Shown here piece by piece: positions 9,989 to 20,400 of a stretch of DNA of 64,000 bases; positions within the stretch are counted from its first letter, which is position 1; each line of letters opens with the position of its first letter. Location of the stretch: NCBI GenBank assembly GCA_964632315.1, contig CAZWEM010000017.1, positions 1 through 64,000 of the forward strand, given 5' to 3'. Both the position numbers and the translations under genes were made by a program. The stretch comes from an uncultured archaeon. GTDB lineage: Archaea > Asgardarchaeota > Lokiarchaeia > Sigyniarchaeales > SOKP01. The notes below the pieces were generated by a model. It did not search any database and had not been told where the DNA came from. It saw only the letters and a list, made by a program, of their open reading frames with translations.

Positions 9989-10762
9989 TTATAGTTTTTT
10001 CAGAATTTTTCCTAGTTCTCCTGGCATGAAAATTACTATCTTTTCTGAAGGATCTTGTGAAATGTCACGAATGGTTTGTAATGTTCTAATTTGGAGAGCC
10101 CCCGGTTCTACAGCCATCATAGCTGCAGCTTCAGTCAAGTTTTTAGCTGCACCAAGTTCTCCTTCTGAAGCAATAATTGCCGCTCTCTTCTCTCTTTCTG
10201 CTTCTGCTTGCTTAGCCATCGCTCTTTTCATTTCAGCTGGAAGTTCAATCTCCTGAATCTTGATGCTCTTGATATCGATCCCCCATTCACTCGTTTCTTG
10301 GTCAACAATTGAGCGTATATCTGTAGCAATTTTCTCTCTTTCTGATAAGACACTATCCAATTCCATGTTACCCACCACATCTCTCAATGCTGCTTGAGTG
10401 TATTGTCTTACTGCAAAGGTATAATTCTCTATTTTGATTACTGCATCTTCTGGTCTTTCTACTTTGAAATAAACTACGGTATTAGCTAAAACTGGAATGT
10501 TATCTTTAGTTATAACTTCTTGCCGAGGGATGTCTTCAGTGATGATTCTCAAGCTGACTTTCTGCGATTTTTCAAAAACCGGTAAAACATACACAACACC
10601 AGGTCCTATCGTGCGTTTATATTTTCCCAACCTGAAAATCACCAATCTTTCGTATTCTAATATCACTTTTATTCCTGCTAATAACCAACAACCGAAGAAA
10701 ATCACCACAAAAATAACTATTGGCAGAATCACAAATAACATGTCAAATCCTTGAAAAATCAT
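9989..10762 (-). CDS. Stomatin / SPFH (band 7) protein
   Basis: EYERLVIFRLG, QEVITKDN, RAMAKQAEAEREKRA, ALQIRTLQT. Confidence 0.93.
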   Translation of the reverse strand: MIFQGFDMLFVILPIVIFVVIFFGCWLLAGIKVILEYERLVIFRLGKYKRTIGPGVVYVLPVFEKSQKVSLRIITEDIPRQEVITKDNIPVLANTVVYFKVERPEDAVIKIENYTFAVRQYTQAALRDVVGNMELDSVLSEREKIATDIRSIVDQETSEWGIDIKSIKIQEIELPAEMKRAMAKQAEAEREKRAAIIASEGELGAAKNLTEAAAMMAVEPGALQIRTLQTIRDISQDPSEKIVIFMPGELGKILKKL

Positions 10763-10898
10763 AATATCTCATTATTTTGGTATTTTAGATTTCAAGAGAC
10801 ATATAGCAATATGCTATATTTAAATCTTATGAGAGAGTTAGTCAATGTCGAAACATTTTTTAAGGTAATGCAAGATAAGTCTCATAGAGAGGTAAAAA

Positions 10899-11204
10899 AT
10901 GAACATCATATTTTTAAGGACCATTTTTGACTTCTTTAATGCTATTTTCTTACTCATACTCATTTTTGCCGTGCTTTTTATTATAATCGTGATCTTGATC
11001 GTGTTGAAACTGATGAAAACGAATGTAAATAAGAAGATTAGCAAAAATAAGAAACACCAACGTATTTTAGATGCCAAGATTGCAAATTTAGAGTCAATTC
11101 CTGTAAAAATCGTTTCTGAGAAAAAGACTTGTTCTTATTGTGGTGCCATTATGGATGGAAAAGCAATCTATTGTGAAAATTGTGGTTCTAAACTGACAGA
11201 TTAA
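10899..11204 (+). CDS. Single-TM protein with a C-terminal double zinc ribbon
   Basis: N-terminal TM helix; CSYCG...CENCG. Confidence 0.75.
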   Translation: MNIIFLRTIFDFFNAIFLLILIFAVLFIIIVILIVLKLMKTNVNKKISKNKKHQRILDAKIANLESIPVKIVSEKKTCSYCGAIMDGKAIYCENCGSKLTD

Positions 11205-11311
11205 TCTTCAATCAGACTAAATGTTCCATCATCAGCACCACATTCCGGGCACTCTTGAGGAATGTCTATTATATCAAATATTGCTCCACAGGTATCACAT
11301 TTCCACATCAT
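11201..11311 (-). CDS. 36-aa rubredoxin-like / zinc-ribbon microprotein (not in ORF track)
   Basis: MMWKCDTCGAIFDIIDIPQECPECGADDGTFSLIED; WxCxxCG...PxxCPxCGA...F pattern; its stop overlaps the stop of the convergent gene (TTAA). Confidence 0.8.
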   Translation of the reverse strand: MMWKCDTCGAIFDIIDIPQECPECGADDGTFSLIED

Positions 11312-11358
11312 ACTTCCAATAAATAATAAAGTTGAAAATATTTAAAAGTAATTTTCCC

Positions 11359-11460
11359 TTTTTCACGTGAAAAAAAAGAATAGTATAAACTTATTTAAGC
11401 CCACTTGACTTAATTAGAATTATTTGTTAATAGCTTAACAAGTCCAATATTGTTCACGTG
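11359..11460. promoter_or_regulatory. Palindrome cluster in a divergent promoter region
   Basis: TTTTTCACGTGAAAAA (11359-11374), TTGTTAA-N4-TTAACAA (11424-11441), second TTCACGTG (11453-11460). Confidence 0.45.
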
Positions 11461-11468
11461 GTATTCTC

Positions 11469-14400
11469 ATGAAGAGGGTTGTAATTACTCATTTTAGAAA
11501 ATTAATTTTAAGTTCAATTTCAGTATTCCTAATCTTAATTTCTTGCTGTTTTATTTTCTCAATACCAGTTAATAATGACTTTACGAATCTCAATAATAAA
11601 AATAGATTAAGCTCTTTAAAAGAAGCTAATTATCCTACTGATATTTCTCCTATAAATATTGACGATAATTGGACTGAAACTGAAGCATTTTATGATTGGT
11701 GTTCTGGTTCGGGTATTTATGGTGATCCTTTTATAATTAAAGATATCAAACTTAACTGTAAAGAAAAGTCATCTGGGCTTTCAATTAATAATTCCGATAA
11801 AAATTATTTTGTCATACAAAATTGCACGTTCTACAATTGTTCAAGTTTCCCAGCAATCATATTACAAAATTCTAATAATGGAATAATTCACGAATGTAAT
11901 CTAAGTAGCAATAATCAAATCGGAATTCAATTAGTAAAAACCGATAATTGCTCATTTACTTTCAATACGATAAGTTATAATGAAATAGGTATTTTTTTAG
12001 AAAAAACAAATGAATGTAATTTCTATAAAAATAACATCACTCATAATAATATCGTGGGTGTAGATATAAGCACTCCTAATTCTGATTTAAACCTCTTCTA
12101 TCATAATAATTTTTCCAATAATGTTCTAAATGTCAACGATGCTGCGGATAATGAATGGGATAATGGTTCAATAGGTAATTATTGGGATGATTATGGGGGT
12201 CATGATTTAGATGATGATGAGATAGGAGATGATCCTTATATCATTGACAGCGATTCTCAGGATAATTTTCCTATTTGGAATGATGGAGATGACATAAATC
12301 CTACATTAACAGTGTTAGCCCCCTCGAATAATACGACTTGGTCCACTGCCCCTTTAATTAATGTAAGTGCATATGATATCAATCTGGATACCATTTGGTA
12401 TCTCGTTAATGATTCTGCACAAATTACAGAACTTCAAAATGAAACTGCGGAATATTTACCGAGCTCGTTATGGAGTGAGCTTGGGGAGGGCCCATTCAAC
12501 ATCAGTTTCTATGCTAATGACACCGCTGGAAATGAAAACGATGCTCTCGTAATTGATCTTTATAAGGATACTACTACTCCCTTCATAAGCATAATATCTC
12601 CTATCAATCAAACTTTTTGGAATCATCGACCGACAATTCAAGTTTTAGTATCCGATACTCACTTTCAATCCGTTTGGTATGAGATCAATGGTCAAAAAGA
12701 AAATTTAACCAATGGAGTAAGTGAAATTCTTAACACTACAATTTGGGAATCTATTCCAGACGAAAGTCCGTTTACAATTAATTTCTATGCCAATGATTCT
12801 GTGGGAAACATAAATGATTCCTATTCTTTAGCTCTCTATAAAGATATCACTAATCCTACCTTATCTATTGATTTACCTGCTGATGGTACTTATTGGAATA
12901 TCAGACCTAATATCCAAGTAACAGCTTCAGATACTAACCTTGATTCTATTTGGTATGAAGTAAATGGGTTGAGTAATTTATTAGATAATGGCATATCTGA
13001 GCTATTAGATCAAGGAATATGGGATTCATTGTTGGATGAAGAGACGTTTACGATTCTTTTCTACGCGAATGATTCGGCGGGCAATATTAATTCCCTTAAC
13101 TCAAGAACCATACATAAAGACATATCAGCACCTTCTTTAACAATTAAATCACCGGATGCTGACAGCTATTGGAACGTAGTACCTGATATTGAAGCAACGG
13201 CTAGCGACACTAATTTTGATTCAATCTGGTATGAAGTAGATGGAGTGAAGGTCCCTCTTTCAAATGGCGTTCTTAGTCCTCTTGATTCAGGGATATGGAG
13301 TTCCTTGTCAGACGAAGAAACGTTCACGATTAATTTCTTTGCAAATGACTCCGCTGGAAATGAAAATTCCTACTACTCAAGGACAATTCACAAGGACATT
13401 TTATCACCTACCTTGACAATTGTCTCACCGGATGCTGATAGCTATTGGAACGCAGTACCTAATATTGAAGCAACGGCTAGCGATACCAATTTTGATTCAA
13501 TCTGGTATGAAATAGATGGGGTAAAGGTTTCTCTTTCAAATGGGGTAGCTGAGTTATTAGATCTAGCGATTTGGAGTTCCTTGTCAGATGAAGAAACGTT
13601 CACGATTTTCTTTTTTGCGAATGATTCAGCAGGAAACATCAATTCTCTTCACTCAAGAACTATTCATAAGGATATAACTGATCCCTCCGTTTCAGTGGAT
13701 TTACCATTAAATAATACCTATTGGAATGCTCGACCCGATATTCAAGTTACCGTTAGTGATATCAATTTTGAATCTGTATGGTATGAAGTTGGAGGAGTCA
13801 AAATTATATTAGAAAATGGAGTCTCAAAACTTTTAGATCAAGACATATGGGATGCGTTATTAGTTGAAGAGACATTCACGATTGACTTCTTTGCAAACGA
13901 TTCAGCAGGGAACTTAAATTCTCTTCACTCAATAACCATTCATAAAGACGTTTTAGATCCTAATTTAATAGTTACTTTGCCTTTAGATGATAGTTATTGG
14001 AATACACGACTAGATATTCAAGCAACAGCATCTGATACGAATTTGGTTTCTATATGGTATGAAGTTGATGGATCCAAGATATTATTAGAAAATGGCATAT
14101 CAGCGCTACTAGATCAAGGCATATGGGATTCTCTATCAGACGAAGAAACGTTCACGATTTTTTTCTATGCGAATGATTCGGCGGGCAATATTAATTCCCT
14201 TAACTCAAGAACTATTCACAAAGATATTCTAAATCCTGATTTACTTATTAATTTACCATTAAATAACTCGTATTGGAATACCAGACCAAATATTCAAGCT
14301 ACTGTCAGCGATACCAATCTCGATTCAGTATGGTATGAAATAGGGGGAGTCAAAATTATATTAGAAAATGGTGTCTCAAAGCTATTAAATCAAGAGATCT

Positions 14401-17400
14401 GGGATGCTTTGTCAGCTGAAGAAACCTTCACGATTTATTTCTATGCAAATGACTCAGCAGGTAACGTGAATTCCCTTAATTCAAGAACTATTCATAAAGA
14501 TATTACTGATCCTGCCTTAACAGTGAATTTACCTTTAAACGATACTTATTGGAACTCAAGGCCTTTGATTCAATCAACTGCATCGGATACGAATTTAGAT
14601 TCTATATGGTATGAAGTTGGGGGAGTGAAAATCTTATTGGATAATGGCATTTCAGAGTTGCTTGATCAAGGGATATGGGATACTTTATCATCTGAAGAAA
14701 GCTTCACAATTTACTTCTTTGCTAATGATTCTGCAGGAAACGTGAATTCACTTTACTCAAGAATTATTCATAAAGATACCACTGATCCTACTTTAATAGT
14801 AAACTTACCTTTTGATAATACATATTGGAACACCCGACCATATATTCAAGCGACAGTTTCAGATACAAACCTCGATTCTGTCTGGTACATTGTCGATGCA
14901 ACGAAAATTTTCTTAGAAAATGGGATCTCTGAGTTACTCGATCAAGGGATATGGGATTCCTTATCTACAGAACAAACTTTTACAATTTCTTTCTATGCCA
15001 ATGATTCGGCAGGGAATGTCAATTCTCTCTATTCTCAAACAATTCATAAGGATACTATTGACCCCATTTTACTAGTAGACTTACCTTTAGAAGATACTTA
15101 TTGGAATACCCGACCAAATATTCAAGCTACTGCAAGTGATATCAATTTAGATTCTATATGGTATGAAGTTGGGGGTGTGAAAATCTTATTGGATAATGAC
15201 ATTTCAGAGTTGCTTGATCAAGAGATATGGGATTCTCTATCAGACGAAGAATCCTTCACGATTAATTTCTTTGCAAATGATTTTGCAGGGAACATAAATT
15301 CACTTCATTCAATAACCATTCATAAAGACATCATTGATCCCACATTGATAATTGATTTACCTATAGATGGTACTTATTGGAACATTCGACCTTCCATTCA
15401 AGCCACTGCATCTGATACGAATTTGGATTCTATATGGTATGAAGTTTCTGGAACAAAAATCATGTTAGAAAATGGACTCTCAGAATTACTTGATCAGAGT
15501 ATCTGGGATTCTTTATCTGCAGAACAAACTTTTACAATTTCTTTCTATGCCAATGATTCGGCAGGGAATGTCAATTCTCTCTATTCTCAAACAATTCATA
15601 AGGATACTATTAACCCTACTTTAGTAGTAAACTTGCCTTTAGATGATACTTATTGGAATACCCGACCATATATCCAAGTCACTGCTAGTGATAGCAATCT
15701 CGATTCTGTATGGTATGAAGTAGGCGGAGTGAAAATCTTATTGGATAATGGCATTTCAGAGTTGCTTGATCAAGGGATATGGGATTCTCTAATGGATGAA
15801 GAAACATTCACAATTTACTTTTTTGCTAATGATTCTGCTGGCAATGTAAACTCACTTAGTACAAGAACCGTTCACAAAGATACTCTAAATCCTAATTTGA
15901 TGATTGACTTACCTTTAAATGATACTTATTGGAACCTAAGACCTACCATTCAAGCAACTGCATCCGATAGGAATTTTGATTCTGTCTGGTATTTAGTTGA
16001 TGGATCCAAAATATTATTGGAAAATGGAGTCTCAGAACTATTAGATCAAGATATCTGGGATGCACTGTTAGCTGAAGAGACCTTTACAATATTTTTCTAT
16101 GCAAATGACTCCGCTGGCAATGTAAACTCGCTTAACACAAGAATCGTTCACAAAGATATTCTAAATCCTGATTTAACTATTAATTTACCATTAGATGACT
16201 CATATTGGAATACAAGACCATATATTCAAGCCACTGCCAGCGATACCAATCTCGATTCAGTATGGTATGAAGTTGACGGAGTAAAAATTATATTGAATGA
16301 TGGTATCCCTGAACTACTGGATCAAGTGATATGGAATACATTATTAGCCGAAGAAACCTTTACAATTTATTTCTATGCCAATGACTCTGCGGGTAACGTG
16401 AATTCTCTCTTTTCTCGAACCATCCATAAAGATGTTACAGATCCTGTTTTGACTGTGCATTTACCCTTAGAGGATACTTATTGGAATACTCGTCCTAACA
16501 TTCAAGCTACAGCCACCGATATCAATTTAGATTCTGTATGGTATATAATTGATGGAACCAAGGTAATCTTATCAAACGGAGTGGCAGAACTACTGGATCA
16601 AGTGATATGGAATACATTATTAGCCGAAGAAACCTTTACAATTTATTTCTATGCCAATGACTCTGCGGGTAACGTGAATTCTCTCTATTCTCGAACGATT
16701 CTCAAGGATGTTACCGATCCTGTTTTAACTGTTAATTTACCTCTAAATGATTCTTATTGGAATATACCACCTGATATTCAAGCCACTGCCAGCGATACCA
16801 ATCTCGATTCAGTATGGTATCAAGTGAATGGTGTTAAAATCTCGTTAGAAAATGGCATCTCAGAATTACTAGATCAAAACATATGGAATGCTTTAGCAGT
16901 TGAAGAGAGTTTTACGATTCATTATTACGCAAATGATTCTGCCGGAAACGTGAATTCACTTTATTCTCGAACCATTCATAAAGATGTTTTAGATCCTGAA
17001 GTAACCATTAATTTGCCTTTTGATGGTACATTCTGGAATACTCGTCCTAATGTTCAAATCACAGTAAGCGATATTAATTTCGATTCAGTATGGTATGAAG
17101 TCGATAGTTCTAAGATTTTGCGGGAAAATGGCATTTCAGAGTTATTGAATCAGGGTATATGGAATGCGTTATCCGCTGAGGAGACTTTTACGATTTATTT
17201 CTTTGCCAATGATTCAGCTGGAAACGTGAATTCTCTTTATTCTCGAACCATCCATAAAGATATAACAGATCCTGTTTTAACGGTGAATTTACCCTTAGAT
17301 GATACTTATTGGAATACCAGACCAAATGTTCAAGCCACAGCAAGCGATATCAATTTCGATTCTATCTGGTATGAAATAAATGGGGTTAAAATCTTATTAG

Positions 17401-20400
17401 AAACTGGTATCTCTGAATTGCTTGATCAAAACGTATGGGACTTTTTAGCAGTTGAGGAGTCGTTTGCCATTTATTTCTATGCTAACGATTCTGCAGGAAA
17501 CGTCAATTCACTTTTTGCACAAACTATTCATAAAGACGTTTTAAATCCTAATTTGATTGTTAATTTGCCTGTAGATAATAGTTATTGGAATATGCCAGCT
17601 GATATTCAAGCCACAGCAAGCGATACCAATTTTGATTCTGTATGGTATGCGGTCAATGGGGTTAAAATAATTTTGGAGAATGGATTGTCAGAATTACTCG
17701 ATTCAAGTATATGGGAAGCACTTTCCGATGAAGAAACATTTACGATTTCTTTCTTTGCCAATGATTCAGCAGGGAATATCAATTCTCTTTATTCTCGAAC
17801 GATTCACAAGGATGTTACCGATCCCGTTTTAACGGTGAATTTACCCTTGAATGATACTTATTGGAATACTCGTCCTACCATTCAAACCACTGCATCTGAT
17901 ATAAATTTTGATTCTGTTTGGTATATTGTGAATGGAATTAAGATAATGTTGGAAAATGGAGTATCTGAACAACTTAATCTAACTATTTGGAATCTTTTAT
18001 CACCTGAAGAAACTTTTACTATCTTTTTCTATGCGAATGATTCTGCTGGTAATATTAATTCTCTTTATTCTTGCACCCTTCATAAAGACACCAAGGGACC
18101 TGAAATCACGATTACTAATCCATCTAATCATGATGTATTTGGATTAGTTACTCCAAGTTGTATAGTTAATTTTTACGATCTTAATGGAGTGGATGAAAAT
18201 TGGTATCAATTGTCAAATGGTACTTTTACTACTCCTATTAGATATTGGTCCGGATCAATAAGTGCTGATGATTGGATTTTAATGGAAAATGGCACGGTTT
18301 CAATTATCTTTTATGCTAATGATAGTGTGGGAAATATCGAAATGCTTAGTATTTTTGTTTATAAAGATATTATTTCTCCTTCAATCATAATTAATACCCC
18401 ACAACCTTACGATTTATTTGGTACGACTGCTCCAAATATAGACCTTGATATATATGATCCTCACCTCGAAACTGTTTGGTATCAATTAGAAAATGCGAGT
18501 ATATCGACTGAATTATTTTTATGGACGGGTTCAATAAACAGTGCTAATTGGAACCTTATAGGGAATGGAACGGTTGAAATTCATTTCTTAGCATACGATT
18601 CGGTAAATAATATCGCATTAAAAACCCTTAATGTCAGAAAAAATATATTTGATCCAATTATTACAATATTGAATCCAGCCGATGGGACTGTTATCGGACA
18701 AGTTCCTCCTATTATGACCTTATACATTGCTAGCGCAGAAGTTGATTCTATTTGGTATTATTTAAGTAATGGAACTGTCACCACAAGCAATACAACGTGG
18801 ACAGGTAGCATTAGTGAAAGCTTATGGAATTTATTTGATGATGGTCATGTTGATGTTTATTTTTATATTAATGATACTTTAGGAAATTTAGGAAGCGACT
18901 CTAAAACCATTATTAAAGATTTAATTGCCCCCACAGTTTTTGTAATCTTCCCCAATAATTATGATGTGTTTGGAAAAGGTGTCCCCTTGATTTCTATTGA
19001 TTTCTATGATTTACATGCCATTGATCAAATAATGTACCAGCTTCATCATTCATCTCTTACTACATCATTAAGAAATTGGGAAGGAATGATCAACTATGAT
19101 GATTGGAATTTGATGCCTAATGGTACAGTAACTATTGCTTTTTATGTAAATGACACAGCAGGTAATTTAGCTTCTCAAAATATAACTGTGTATAAGGATA
19201 GTATCGATCCATTATTATCGATTAACTTACCGCTCGAAAATACTTATTGGAACACACGCCCTACCATTCAAGCCACTGCAACTGACCCGAATTTCGATTC
19301 AATATGGTACGTTGTGAACGGAATGAAAGTTATTCTTGAGAATGGGTTAGGAGAATTACTGGATCAAGCCATTTGGGATGTGTTATCAGCCGAGGAGACC
19401 TTCACGATCTATTTTTACGCCAATGATACTGTTGGAAATATCAATTTTCTCAATTCAGTAACATTAAATAAAGATATTAATGCTCCTGTATTAATAATTG
19501 ACTTTCCTGGTAAATTCACCTATTGGAATACACCTCCCAATATTCAAGTCACTGCTTTTGATATTAATTTTGATTCAGTATGGTATTTCATTGACGGAAA
19601 CAAGGTAATTTTAGAAAATGGGGTTCCACAATTACTCAATCATGATATATGGGATGAAATAGCATTAGAAAGTTCCTTCTGGATTCATTTTTATGTAAAT
19701 GATTCCGCTGGGAATATCAATTCTTCAGTTTCAATAATTTTATTTAAAGATACCAGGAGTCCAGAGATAACAATTAGTAATCCTTCTGAGTTCGATCTTT
19801 TTGGAAAGGATGAACCCTTATGTTCTGTAGGTTTTTATGATACTAATGGTATTGATGAAAGATGGTACCAATTAACCAATGGAATCACAATTTCACAAAT
19901 TAGAACATGGACAGGTTCAATTAACGCCGACGATTGGGATCTAATGCCTAACGGTACAGTGATGATCATCTTTTTTGCGAATGATACGCTAGGTAATATA
20001 GCATCTCAAAATATTACTGTATATAAAGATAGCATTGCTCCATCATTAATAATAAATTTACCTCTCGAAAATACCTATTGGAATTCGAGACCCCCCATTC
20101 AAGCCTTGGCAAGTGATCAGAATTTCGATTCAGTTTGGTATGAAGTTGGTAACATCAAGATAATTCTCGAAAATGCAGTAGAAGAATTTCTTAATCAGGG
20201 TATATGGGATTCGTTAATGGTTGAGGAAAGCTTCACGATCTATTTTTATGCCAATGATACAGTTGGAAATATCAATTCGCTCAATTCAGTAACATTAAAT
20301 AAAGATATAAGGCCTCCTAAAATAACTATTAATTTACCTACAAGCAATTCTTATTGGAATACACCTCCCAATATTCAAGTTACAACTCTTGATTCTAATT

